DNA of 64,000 nt from Marine Group II euryarchaeote MED-G34 (lineage in GTDB: Archaea > Thermoplasmatota > Poseidoniia > Poseidoniales > Thalassarchaeaceae), in the NCBI GenBank assembly GCA_002457605.1, contig NTJT01000002.1:10850-74849 (forward strand), given 5' to 3'. Below are positions 8,021 to 17,194 of this stretch, piece by piece. The notes below the pieces were generated by a model. That model searched no databases. It was not told the origin of the DNA and was given only the letters and a program-made list of their open reading frames with translations. The translations under genes and the position numbers were made by a program. How positions within the stretch are numbered: position 1 is the first letter of the stretch; the number at the start of each line of letters is the position of its first letter.

Positions 8021-10525
8021 ATGTCCAACCATCTAACCAACCGCTTGATATCCCTCAAGCCGTTGGCCCTCAACATGAACCGAAGTCCACGGACTGCAAT
8101 TCTGGTACTACTAATGATGCTGAGCTCAGGTTGTCTGGGAGCTATAGATGACCTCGATGATATCGATGATGATGTACTCGATCCGATTCTCGACTGGCTT
8201 GAGGGAGAGTACCCTCGGCTGGATCTACCTACTCGTGAGCGCACCTCTCCAACGCTCGACATATACAACGAGTGCGAGATTCTGCTAACGGACCTTCAGG
8301 ACTCAATCTACAACGAGATGCTGGTCGCGCTGGATCAGCAGGCGTACTGGCACTGGGCCGGGCCCGTCTGGCGCGGCGGCTTCATGGAAGATGATGTGAT
8401 GGTGGAGATGGACGGTGCACCCCTAGCTGCCGAAGGTGAATCGGCTGATTTCGGGTCAAACACCGACGACACTAGCCGCGAGGGCGAGTACTCCGAGACC
8501 AACAACCAAGAGGAAGGCGTCGATGAGGCTGACTTCCTGAAGACCGACGGTTACCACATCTACATGCTCAACGGTAACTTGCTGGTGATTATGGGTGTCC
8601 CCGAATTCGGCGAACTCACACTCGAGTCCAACATGAGTGTGCAGGGCTATCCGATGCAGATGATGCTAGATAACGACAGACTTGTCATCGCCTCATCGAT
8701 AAACTACTGGAATCTTCAAGTTGATGACCCGCTCAGGGAACTGATGTCAGAAGAGGTCACTGTTAACTATCCTGGAGAAGAGGAGTACTCCTACACCTAC
8801 ACACGCGTTCAGAATCTAGTGAAGTACACCGTCGTCGACATATCCAACAGGTCCGCTCCAGAGGTCGAGCGCGAGATCTACATTGAGGGCAACTACCACA
8901 CTGCGAGGCTGGTCGACGGCACCATGCGCTCGGTGACTCACCTGTGGACCTACATCGAGGGCATGCGCACATGGGTCTACCTGCCTGATACCTACTGGGA
9001 GGCTGATTCTGACGAGGAGAGGATGGATATCTGGAACCAGAGTATGGAGGAGACAGTTGCCGCCAATCGGGCCATCATTGATGACCTGACTCTAGACGAC
9101 TTCGCTCCGCACATCTACGAGGTTGGAGATGACGGCTTGTTCCAGCACCCGATAAGCTCGGGCGACTGCAGCGAGTACTCGGCTAGCGCTGACAGCGCCG
9201 GCCGAGGATTTTCGACCATCATGACAATCCAGATGCTAAGTGATGACTCTGATTTGGAAGTCGACCATATCACATCCTCGTGGGCACACGTGTACGCATC
9301 TCAGGACGTCATGGTGCTCGCTGAGCCAGCCAACGACTGGTGGTGGTTCTGGCGTAACTTTGGCTGGGATGATGCTACTAACATTCACGTCTTCGACATC
9401 AGCGATCCCTCCGAGACCACTTACGTGGCTTCAGGCAGGGTCGACGGCACCGTGCAGGACCAGTTCTCCCTCTCTGAGCACAACGGCATCATCCGCGTCG
9501 CCACCACCGAGGACGCATGGGGCCGCTGGTGGCTAGAGACCGGAGAATGGACCGGGCCGACAAACAACGTGTTCACCCTCGTAGCCACGGAGTGCATGAT
9601 TCCTGAGGGATGCGAGGAAGACTCCACCGAGCTGGTACAAATCGGCCACGTCGGCGACATTGCCGAAGGGGAGCGCATCTGGAGCGCCCGTTTCGTGGGC
9701 GACCGTGCCTACCTAGTCACCTTCCGCAACATCGACCCACTGTGGGTCATCGACCTGACTGATCCAACCGATCCGGAGATTCTTGGCGAGCTTGAGGTCC
9801 CGGGCGTCTCGACCTACATCCATCCAGTCGATGCTAACACACTGCTGACCATCGGCATCGGACCCGGGCCCGACGGCTTAGGACTCGACTGGTCAGTCAC
9901 ACAAGTCTCCCTGTTCGATGTCAGCGACCCCACCAACCCGGTGCTCGCTGACTCGCTGCCACTGTCCCCGGCCTACGAAGACGATGGCTGTGATGAGTGG
10001 GGCTGTGGTTGGTCGTGGTCGTACTCAGAGGCTACCTACGAACACAAAGCATTCACTTACTGGGCTCCCGAGCAGCTGCTCGCTGTGCCCCTGTCCACTT
10101 ATCGCTACACCTACGATGAGGTCACCATCGACGGGCGCACCTACACCTACTCCGGCTACGAGTTCGTCTCCACTCTCGAGCTCATCGACGTCGATGTCGA
10201 GAGCGGCACACTCAGCACTCACGGAATGGTCGACCACTCCGAGTTCTACAACGAGGACGGCCTGTCGGGCTGGTGGGGAGGTTCGACCAGCATACGCCGT
10301 TCGATTTTCATGGGCGACTACGTCTACGCCTTCTCCACTGCTGGCGCCTCAGTCCACAGCACCGACGATCTCGAACTAATGGTTGAGATAGAGATTCCCG
10401 GGTACGACGAGCCAGAGGTCTACTACTACGACGATGAGGGTGAGGCCACCGACCCAGATGTATCAGAGGGATCCAACGAAGATGATCGAAAGGAAGACGA
10501 AGACTCTGCGACTGTCGAGGGCTAA
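8021..10525 (+). CDS. Secreted beta-propeller-domain protein (COG4880/PF09826-like), probable lipoprotein
   Basis: 834 aa. Signal peptide ending LSSGC. Hallmark blocks TNNQEEGVDEADFLKTDGYHIYMLNG and RFVGDRAYLVTFRNIDPLWVIDLTDPTDPEILGELEVPGVSTYIHP. Acidic C-terminal tail. Confidence 0.8.
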   Translation: MSNHLTNRLISLKPLALNMNRSPRTAILVLLMMLSSGCLGAIDDLDDIDDDVLDPILDWLEGEYPRLDLPTRERTSPTLDIYNECEILLTDLQDSIYNEMLVALDQQAYWHWAGPVWRGGFMEDDVMVEMDGAPLAAEGESADFGSNTDDTSREGEYSETNNQEEGVDEADFLKTDGYHIYMLNGNLLVIMGVPEFGELTLESNMSVQGYPMQMMLDNDRLVIASSINYWNLQVDDPLRELMSEEVTVNYPGEEEYSYTYTRVQNLVKYTVVDISNRSAPEVEREIYIEGNYHTARLVDGTMRSVTHLWTYIEGMRTWVYLPDTYWEADSDEERMDIWNQSMEETVAANRAIIDDLTLDDFAPHIYEVGDDGLFQHPISSGDCSEYSASADSAGRGFSTIMTIQMLSDDSDLEVDHITSSWAHVYASQDVMVLAEPANDWWWFWRNFGWDDATNIHVFDISDPSETTYVASGRVDGTVQDQFSLSEHNGIIRVATTEDAWGRWWLETGEWTGPTNNVFTLVATECMIPEGCEEDSTELVQIGHVGDIAEGERIWSARFVGDRAYLVTFRNIDPLWVIDLTDPTDPEILGELEVPGVSTYIHPVDANTLLTIGIGPGPDGLGLDWSVTQVSLFDVSDPTNPVLADSLPLSPAYEDDGCDEWGCGWSWSYSEATYEHKAFTYWAPEQLLAVPLSTYRYTYDEVTIDGRTYTYSGYEFVSTLELIDVDVESGTLSTHGMVDHSEFYNEDGLSGWWGGSTSIRRSIFMGDYVYAFSTAGASVHSTDDLELMVEIEIPGYDEPEVYYYDDEGEATDPDVSEGSNEDDRKEDEDSATVEG

Positions 10526-11899
10526 TCAAGAGAACTCCAGAGCTCGTCCGGTTGAACCCGGGGCAGCTACAGCGTTTCCACGCAATTCTCCACTCGAATC
10601 GCGCGAGTGCACCACTACTCCGTCGACGATAGTAAGCATCGGCCATCCTGTCAGTGACATCCTGTCGAGTGCCGTCCAACCGACCCGAGTCCATGTGTCG
10701 GTGTCGCGGAACTCCCTGTGAGATTCCATGTCGACGAGGACGAGGTCAGCGTCCATGCCCTCGGCCAGCTTGCCCTTACCGGTCATGCCGTAGACCTGGG
10801 CAGGCCCTTCGCACATCCAGCCGACCACGTCCGGCACGCTGCACCTTCCGGCGGCTGCATGGGTCAACATTAGCGGCAGAGAGGTCTCTACACCGGGCAT
10901 ACCCGAGTGCGCTTGAGGGAATCCTAGCATCTTGTTCTCAAGCGTGTGCGGAGCGTGATCGGTGGCGATGCAGTCGATGGTGCCGTCCTTCAAACGGCGC
11001 CACAGCGTCTCGCGGTCCTCTGCGTACCTGATTGGTGGATTCATCACCAGTCTGGTGTTTCGCTCAGCCACATCACTGTCGTCGAAAGTGAGGTGCTGCG
11101 GACAGACTTCCGTGGTGATTAGGGTGCTTTTGTTGCTGGCCAACCAGTCGGCTTCTAGGGCACTGGTCAGGTGCAGGACATGCAGCCTGTGTTCGTGTGA
11201 CTCCGCCAGCGTGACTGCTCTCTGGGTAGCGATTAGAGCAGTCTCGCTGTCCCTCCACTCGGCGTGGGCGGCGACATCAGTCCTGTGGGCGAATTCGGGT
11301 TTGCGCGCGTTCAACCTATCTTCGTCTTCAGCGTGAACTGCGATGATGCCAGCGGTGCCCGCGAAAATATCCTCAAGGTGCTGCTGCTGGTGCACCAACA
11401 GATCTCCCGTGCTGCTGCCCATGAACACCTTGATGCCACAGATTCCAGTTGTGGGTGATGGAGCGTCGGGAGTGCCTACTGCCTGCTGTAGGTCGGCAAC
11501 GTTGTTTGGAGTGGCACCGATGAAGAAGCCGTGATGAGTCACCGCGTTGCGTGCCGCCGAGTCTAGCTTGGCTTGCATAGCCTCCATGGTAGTAGCAGCA
11601 GGGACATTGTTCGGCATGTCTAGGAAGGCAGTGACTCCACCGGCAGCCGCAGCCCTGCTGCCGCTACCAATGTCTTCCTTATCGGGCTGGCCGGGCTCAC
11701 GGAAATGCACCTGAGGATCGATTGCACCCGGGAGCAGGTGCAACCCCTCACCATCAATCAGGGGCTCGCCATCAAGCGGCTCTAGACCTCCTCCCGGAGC
11801 GACCGAGGCAATCTTCCCAGCAACTACCCGTAGGTCTCCTTGAACGATGTCACCGCCGATGACCATTGCCGAATTTTGAATCAGAAGGCCGCCAACCAC
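10526..11899 (-). CDS. pyrC: Dihydroorotase-type cyclic amidohydrolase
   Basis: 457 aa. Metal-binding DPQVHFREPG motif, GGVTAFLDMPN, AVHAED and ATDHAPH blocks typical of dihydroorotase/allantoinase. Confidence 0.8.
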   Translation of the reverse strand: MVGGLLIQNSAMVIGGDIVQGDLRVVAGKIASVAPGGGLEPLDGEPLIDGEGLHLLPGAIDPQVHFREPGQPDKEDIGSGSRAAAAGGVTAFLDMPNNVPAATTMEAMQAKLDSAARNAVTHHGFFIGATPNNVADLQQAVGTPDAPSPTTGICGIKVFMGSSTGDLLVHQQQHLEDIFAGTAGIIAVHAEDEDRLNARKPEFAHRTDVAAHAEWRDSETALIATQRAVTLAESHEHRLHVLHLTSALEADWLASNKSTLITTEVCPQHLTFDDSDVAERNTRLVMNPPIRYAEDRETLWRRLKDGTIDCIATDHAPHTLENKMLGFPQAHSGMPGVETSLPLMLTHAAAGRCSVPDVVGWMCEGPAQVYGMTGKGKLAEGMDADLVLVDMESHREFRDTDTWTRVGWTALDRMSLTGWPMLTIVDGVVVHSRDSSGELRGNAVAAPGSTGRALEFS

Positions 11900-11984
11900 A
11901 CTCTCACCTGAAGGACTGCGGTGCGAGAAGTCTCATGACTGTTCGCGTGCGCATTCATGCTTTCTTTCCGTCTAAGGTGCTGTT

Positions 11985-11991
11985 CATATAA
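11985..11991 (+). promoter_or_regulatory. Candidate TATA-like element for the tRNA-Met gene
   Basis: CATATAA lies 23-29 nt upstream of the mature tRNA 5' end at 12014, which is the expected archaeal TATA distance. Sequence reading only. Confidence 0.3.
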
Positions 11992-12013
11992 CCAACCGTA
12001 GACCCAAGGACAT

Positions 12014-12091
12014 AGCGGGTTGGAGTAGCCAGGTTATCTCGTCGGGCTCATAACCCGGAGACCGGTAGTTCAAATCTACCACCCGCTACCA
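12014..12091 (+). tRNA. Initiator tRNA-Met (CAU), CCA encoded
   Basis: Hand-folded cloverleaf. Acceptor AGCGGGT/ACCCGCT with A1:U72. Anticodon stem carries three consecutive G:C pairs (GGG/CCC) flanking the loop CTCATAA. T arm GGTAG-TTCAAAT-CTACC. These are archaeal initiator features. Confidence 0.9.
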
Positions 12092-12230
12092 TAGATGAAA
12101 CATAACTGAAAGTGAAATTCGTCGTACTGAGAGCAAACAACGGGGTGAAGCACTTTCAACCGCCAGCAGGGGTCAATCATTTGTTAAAGTACTATCGAAG
12201 CCCGATAGAGGCCATAACAAGGTGAGAGAC

Positions 12231-13232
12231 ATGACCAAGAAGACAGCAAGTGAGAAGGTTGAGGAAGAGAAGATAGTGATTGACGTGGACGAGCCCGAGA
12301 GCACCGTAGAGGACCTCCCGGGGGTCGGACCTGCGACGGCGGAGAAACTGCGTGAGGCAGGCTTCGAAGAATTACTCTCCATAGCGGTGATGAGTCCGAA
12401 TGAGCTGGCTGAGCAGGCCGAACTGGGCGAGGCCGTAGCGGCCAAAATCATCTCCGGCGCAAAGAAGATGGCTAACATAGGCGGATTCGTCAGTGGCACA
12501 GCACTTCTAGACCGCCGCCGACAGGTGCAGAAGCTTACATCGGGAACCTCGTCATTGGATGAGCTACTCGGTGGTGGATTCGAGACCCAGGCTATCGTAG
12601 AGGTTTACGGTGAGTTCGGCAGTGGTAAGACGCAGATCGGACACCAGCTCGCAGTCAATACAATCCTACCTCTAGATCAGGGTGGATTCGACGGCGAGGT
12701 CTTCTATATCGATACTGAGGACACTTTTAGGCCCGAGCGGATAACGCAGATGGCTGAAGCTGTCGGCATAGATCCACAGGATGCCCTTGACAGGATTCAT
12801 GTCGCCCGGGCTTACAACTCAGCCCACCAGATACTCCTAGTGGATGAGATCAAGAGGATGTCAAAGAACATCGATGTCAAGCTAATCATCGTCGACTCGT
12901 TGACCAGTCATTTCCGCGCCGAGTACATCGGGCGCGGCATGCTGGCTCCTAGACAGCAGAAGCTGAATCGCCACATGAAGGAACTCAAACAAGTTGCAGA
13001 CGTCCAGAATGCTCTGGTTCTGGTGACCAACCAAGTCATGTCGAAGCCCGATTCGATGTGGGGAGATCCGACGAGAGCCATTGGAGGGCACATCGTAGCT
13101 CACGCCAGCACATTCCGCTTGTACCTCAGGAAGTCGAAGGGGGGCCGACGCATAGCCCGACTCGTCGACAGTCCTAACTTACCTGAGGGCGAAGCGGTCT
13201 TTACCGTGACATCCGAGGGCCTACGGGATTGA
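12231..13232 (+). CDS. radA: DNA repair and recombination protein RadA
   Basis: N-terminal HhH ([17 protein letters not shown]), Walker [10 protein letters not shown] and Walker B LIIVDS. ATG 12231 lies 6 nt after GGTGA; GTG 12222 is the alternative. Confidence 0.97.
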   Translation: MTKKTASEKVEEEKIVIDVDEPESTVEDLPGVGPATAEKLREAGFEELLSIAVMSPNELAEQAELGEAVAAKIISGAKKMANIGGFVSGTALLDRRRQVQKLTSGTSSLDELLGGGFETQAIVEVYGEFGSGKTQIGHQLAVNTILPLDQGGFDGEVFYIDTEDTFRPERITQMAEAVGIDPQDALDRIHVARAYNSAHQILLVDEIKRMSKNIDVKLIIVDSLTSHFRAEYIGRGMLAPRQQKLNRHMKELKQVADVQNALVLVTNQVMSKPDSMWGDPTRAIGGHIVAHASTFRLYLRKSKGGRRIARLVDSPNLPEGEAVFTVTSEGLRD

Positions 13233-14522
13233 TTCTCGTAGGCTTCTCGGGTCCGAAAGACCAGATGTGCCCCTGAACCACTGCATAAACAGGGCAGTGG
13301 ATAACGCGTACAGCACTGCCATCACAATGAATGGGGTGCGGAAGTCACCCCCGCTCATCAGGACCGCCCCTAGATATCCACCCACTGCGGCCATCGCACT
13401 TCCAAACAAGCGCGATATACCAATGTAAGTGGCCCGTTCTGTTGGGTGCAGCTGACCCATACTGAATGCTTCGAATGCTGGGCCTGACATATTGAACAGG
13501 GTTGTCCTCAAGACCCATGCGAGACCAGCTAAGGAAACCACTGTTTCGGGTGCGGCCAACTCCGGCGCGAAGCCGATGAGGAGAATGAAAGGAATCGCTG
13601 CGAACCTCGTCCACACGATGGTAGCGACCTCTCCTAGTCTCTCTACTACCAGAGGGACAGCGAACGCGCCTATGGCGAGGAAGAATGAACCAGCTGCAAA
13701 GACCATCCCAATTTGGTGCTCGTGAGCGTGCAAATCGTAGTGGAAGAATACGTTTGCGAGCCTGAGAACGAAACCCCCTCCTAGAGATAGCAGAGTCCCT
13801 ATAGCCACGAATCGGTACACCGTTTTCGGAGTCTGGAGAGCCGAGAGCCAGCCGCTACGCTCATCTTGCGCGACTTCCGCTCTCGCTTTGGCCACCTCTT
13901 CTGAGACATGACGCTTGAGCATGATAGCTGGTATCAGAGATAGGAACCACCACGCTATTCCAATGTGGACCGCCCACCTGTAAGCCTCGACAAGAGACAT
14001 TCCCTCTGAGGCGATGAGGTACTGGGGCAGGAACCCCGCGATTAGTGCCCCTAACATCGCTGCGAGAGTGGCCAATCCCTGCTCGACGCTGAATAGGTGG
14101 ATTCTCTCATCTGGCTCGGAATTTTCCGCCATGAACGGTGACTCAGTGACATGGTGCAGCGCGCTGAAACAGGCTGAGATGGCCGAGAACGCTAGAATCG
14201 TATTCGCATTGGTGGACATAATGAGTATCAGTGCACACACGGCCCCTCCTCCATCACCGATGATGAATCCCCATTTGCGGTCTATGCGATCAGCCAACTT
14301 GCCTGCTGGAATTGAGGCCAGCGAACCTGCTATACCCAGAACGGCTATTCTGATGCCGACGAACTTGACATCGAACCCTATGGCCAGCAGGTAGAGGTTG
14401 AACAGGACTTCCCAGGCCCCATGAATAAGGTCCATCCCAATGACGTGCAGCAGGTACAACCGGGCATTACGGCTGAATTGCCTTAGTCGTCCTAAGTAGC
14501 CTACCTCTGACGCACCTTCCAT
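13221..14522 (-). CDS. MFS transporter
   Basis: 433 aa, about 12 predicted TM helices, with the MFS loop motif [10 protein letters not shown] between TM2 and TM3. Confidence 0.8.
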   Translation of the reverse strand: MEGASEVGYLGRLRQFSRNARLYLLHVIGMDLIHGAWEVLFNLYLLAIGFDVKFVGIRIAVLGIAGSLASIPAGKLADRIDRKWGFIIGDGGGAVCALILIMSTNANTILAFSAISACFSALHHVTESPFMAENSEPDERIHLFSVEQGLATLAAMLGALIAGFLPQYLIASEGMSLVEAYRWAVHIGIAWWFLSLIPAIMLKRHVSEEVAKARAEVAQDERSGWLSALQTPKTVYRFVAIGTLLSLGGGFVLRLANVFFHYDLHAHEHQIGMVFAAGSFFLAIGAFAVPLVVERLGEVATIVWTRFAAIPFILLIGFAPELAAPETVVSLAGLAWVLRTTLFNMSGPAFEAFSMGQLHPTERATYIGISRLFGSAMAAVGGYLGAVLMSGGDFRTPFIVMAVLYALSTALFMQWFRGTSGLSDPRSLRESIP

Positions 14523-14569
14523 CCTTCCACCTCTAAACCGCTAAGCCGTGGGAGGCAATATACTGCCGG

Positions 14570-16276
14570 TCAGGCCCGAATCTCTGCCATCGCCTCGCTC
14601 AACTCGTCAATTAGCGATGCAACATGCTCCTCGTCAAAACCAAGATTGAGTCCAGCAGCTCCAAAAAGTTCCGGGAGCGGCTTGGTGTTGCCCAGTCTCA
14701 TGGCCCGTGCGTAACGGGCGAGACCGTCCTCGGTGTCTCTTCTGTGGTACTGCCACATTTGCAGCGCACCGAGTTGCGCTATTCCGTACTCGATATAGTA
14801 GAAAGGCACTTGGAACAGATGAAGTTGGCCCTGCCAGGAAGTCTCTTTCAACCCTTCAAAACCACTCCAATCAGTCCTCGGACCAAACCTTTGCCTCAAC
14901 TCCATCCAGTGTTCAGATCGCTCTTCATGTGTATGTTCGGGATTGGCGTATACCCAGTGCTGGAAGGCATCTATAGTAGCCATCCACGGTAAGAAGCAGA
15001 CAATTTTCTCAAGATCATCGAGCTTTGCTCTACGAGCTTCCTCGTCACTGTAGAATACACTCCATTGGGGTTGACTCATCAACTCCATAGACATCGAGGC
15101 TACCTCTGCGAACTCAAGAGGAGGGTTACGCTCTCCTATGAGATCTAAGTCGGAACTGTAGCACGAGTGGAACGCGTGCCCAGCCTCGTGCAACATCGTA
15201 GAAAGGTTGTCGTGAGTGCCAGCCGCGTTCATGAAGATGAACGGTATCCGAGTCTTCTCTAGATTGGCCTGATAGCCGCCCGGTGCCTTCCCCTTCCTGC
15301 TCTCAAGGTCGAGTGATTCCTTCTCTCTTAGCATGTCGAACATGCCTCCTAGCTCGGGCGACATGTCATGGAAGACATTCGAGCAGCCTTTGATCAACCC
15401 CTCGACATCCTCGAAGGGCCTCAGTGGCGGCCTTCCGTGGATGTCCACTCCACCACCACTCTTCTCGCTGACGTCCCATGGTCGCAATGTGGTAACCCCG
15501 AGAGCCTCACGCCTACGTTCTTGGATTTCATGCATCATTGGCACGCAAACGCGTTCGATTGAGTCATGAAACTCAAGACAGTCTTCTATAGAATAGTCGT
15601 AGCGATGCTTGGCTTCGAAGATGTAGGAGCGGTAGTCATTGAAACCAGCGTTTACTGCAATCCGATGCCGGATTCGAATCAGTTTGTCGTAAATCTCTGA
15701 CAGCCTCTCCGCGTCACTACTCATCCTTTCCACGACCGCCCTCCAAGCAGCCTCTCTGATACCGCGATCTGTACTCTCGAAGTAAAGGGCCATCTGTGGA
15801 AATGTCTTCTCCTCGCCCTCAAACTCCACGGTCATGGCTCCGGTGATAGTGCTGTGTTCCGTCTCCAGTTTAGCCTCCTCAATCTGTAGAGCGATGTTCT
15901 CCTCTCGAAAGGTCTCGATATCGGTCCGGATACACTTAATCATCAAGTCATAGCGAGGCGGCAAGTCGCTGACTGCGGAGTGACCAGCAAGCCTGCGGTT
16001 GAAGGCGTCGCCGAATTCCGACAACTTGGGCTGGGCATTCTCAATGAAGTCTAGGTAGGCCTGACGCTTGGCCTCGCTTTCGGTGTCGCATGTCATAGCA
16101 ATGCTCAGAAGTGTTCCCGCCTCAGAGATGTGCTCAGCAAGGGTCGAACAGTCTTTGATCAGAGTTTCGAGACAGCCCGAGCAGCTCAACTCGCGATTCA
16201 AGATGTCGTGGGCATAGGGCTCAATGTTCTCCCACTGAGTAGCATCGAAATCCTCAGTGATGAATCCAGAACCCAA
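14570..16276 (-). CDS. M3-family oligoendopeptidase (PepF-like)
   Basis: 568 aa. Zinc motif HEAGHAFH with a downstream EFAEVASM glutamate block. Confidence 0.9.
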   Translation of the reverse strand: MGSGFITEDFDATQWENIEPYAHDILNRELSCSGCLETLIKDCSTLAEHISEAGTLLSIAMTCDTESEAKRQAYLDFIENAQPKLSEFGDAFNRRLAGHSAVSDLPPRYDLMIKCIRTDIETFREENIALQIEEAKLETEHSTITGAMTVEFEGEEKTFPQMALYFESTDRGIREAAWRAVVERMSSDAERLSEIYDKLIRIRHRIAVNAGFNDYRSYIFEAKHRYDYSIEDCLEFHDSIERVCVPMMHEIQERRREALGVTTLRPWDVSEKSGGGVDIHGRPPLRPFEDVEGLIKGCSNVFHDMSPELGGMFDMLREKESLDLESRKGKAPGGYQANLEKTRIPFIFMNAAGTHDNLSTMLHEAGHAFHSCYSSDLDLIGERNPPLEFAEVASMSMELMSQPQWSVFYSDEEARRAKLDDLEKIVCFLPWMATIDAFQHWVYANPEHTHEERSEHWMELRQRFGPRTDWSGFEGLKETSWQGQLHLFQVPFYYIEYGIAQLGALQMWQYHRRDTEDGLARYARAMRLGNTKPLPELFGAAGLNLGFDEEHVASLIDELSEAMAEIRA

Positions 16277-16285
16277 ACTACCACC

Positions 16286-16555
16286 TCACTTGCGAGCCGG
16301 TCTTGGGCCATCTGGCAGAGGTCCTTCTTGGCGGCTCCACTTGGCACACTTCCACTCTTCTGCCGAGTCGATGACCTGCTGCCTGATTTGCTCAAGTTCT
16401 GGATGCTCAGGATTGTTATCCTCAATCCAGCAAGCTGTGCAGTACCTCTTGCTCTCAAAGTCCACGAAGTTGCCCGGAGTACAGTTCACCTTGCAGGTGA
16501 TGCAGTGCCTGAATCCGTGAAATTTCGCCATTTTCCCCAAGGAACCCTCGGGCAT
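16286..16555 (-). CDS. Small zinc-ribbon protein (hypothetical)
   Basis: 89 aa with CxxC...CxxC (CITCKVNC...YCTACW). Packed 9 nt upstream of the peptidase gene on the same strand. Confidence 0.45.
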   Translation of the reverse strand: MPEGSLGKMAKFHGFRHCITCKVNCTPGNFVDFESKRYCTACWIEDNNPEHPELEQIRQQVIDSAEEWKCAKWSRQEGPLPDGPRPARK

Positions 16556-16591
16556 CTCGCCTATGAGTTTGACCCCAGAGGGGTCAATCGT

Positions 16592-17161
16592 CTACATATC
16601 AGCGAGAGCGGTGTGGAGAATGAAAGCATCCTCCCTCCTCGCCTCTTCTATTGAGTGCCCAATCTCGATGACACCCAGTCTCAGTAAGCCGGCTTCGCTT
16701 GGAACAGGTCTGCGGGCGAGCAGCCTCGCCCCAAGGTGCTCTATCAGCCTAGTCGCTTCAATCTCGTCGTCTAGATAACTAGTGCGTGAAATCTTCGTCT
16801 GACCGAACTCCTCTCCGACCACTGTTTCTGGCAAGTGGATTATCCAAGCTGACTGGTCGCCACTGCTGATGCCGGCACGCTCGAAGGCGGAACTGAGTTG
16901 ATGCGTGCCTGAGATGAGCCTTAGGAACTCTGCATCACAGGTCCTTGCCACCATGCGACCGGACTCCTCCAGTCTCCTGAGGGCTGCCCAAGCCGTCCAT
17001 AGTCGAAACTCGCTACAAGCGGCGTCGTAGGCCAGAAGCAGCCATCTCTCACTCGGTCTCCATTCTCTGAACAGCGCAACCACTTCACTCGGCTCAATCA
17101 TCGCTTCTTCGAAGCCGATGCCCCAAGCCGGGAACCATGGTATTGACGAGGATTGGTCCAT
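16592..17161 (-). CDS. cgi121: Cgi121-like KEOPS complex subunit
   Basis: 189 aa. The central block EFLRLISGTHQLSSAFERAGISSGDQSAWIIHL resembles the archaeal Cgi121 signature (ILVRASGQRQIHEAIKIIGAKDG...). Assignment is from memory of the family, not a search. Confidence 0.55.
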   Translation of the reverse strand: MDQSSSIPWFPAWGIGFEEAMIEPSEVVALFREWRPSERWLLLAYDAACSEFRLWTAWAALRRLEESGRMVARTCDAEFLRLISGTHQLSSAFERAGISSGDQSAWIIHLPETVVGEEFGQTKISRTSYLDDEIEATRLIEHLGARLLARRPVPSEAGLLRLGVIEIGHSIEEARREDAFILHTALADM

Positions 17162-17194
17162 GCGCCGTGATGGCCTCCCGTTGAAGAAGGGTCT

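Noticed and set aside
12192-12208. Small palindrome CTATCG-AAGCC-CGATAG upstream of radA
   Set aside because: The arms are only 6 bp and there is a single copy. This is within chance expectation for a 140-bp spacer, so it was not promoted to a finding.
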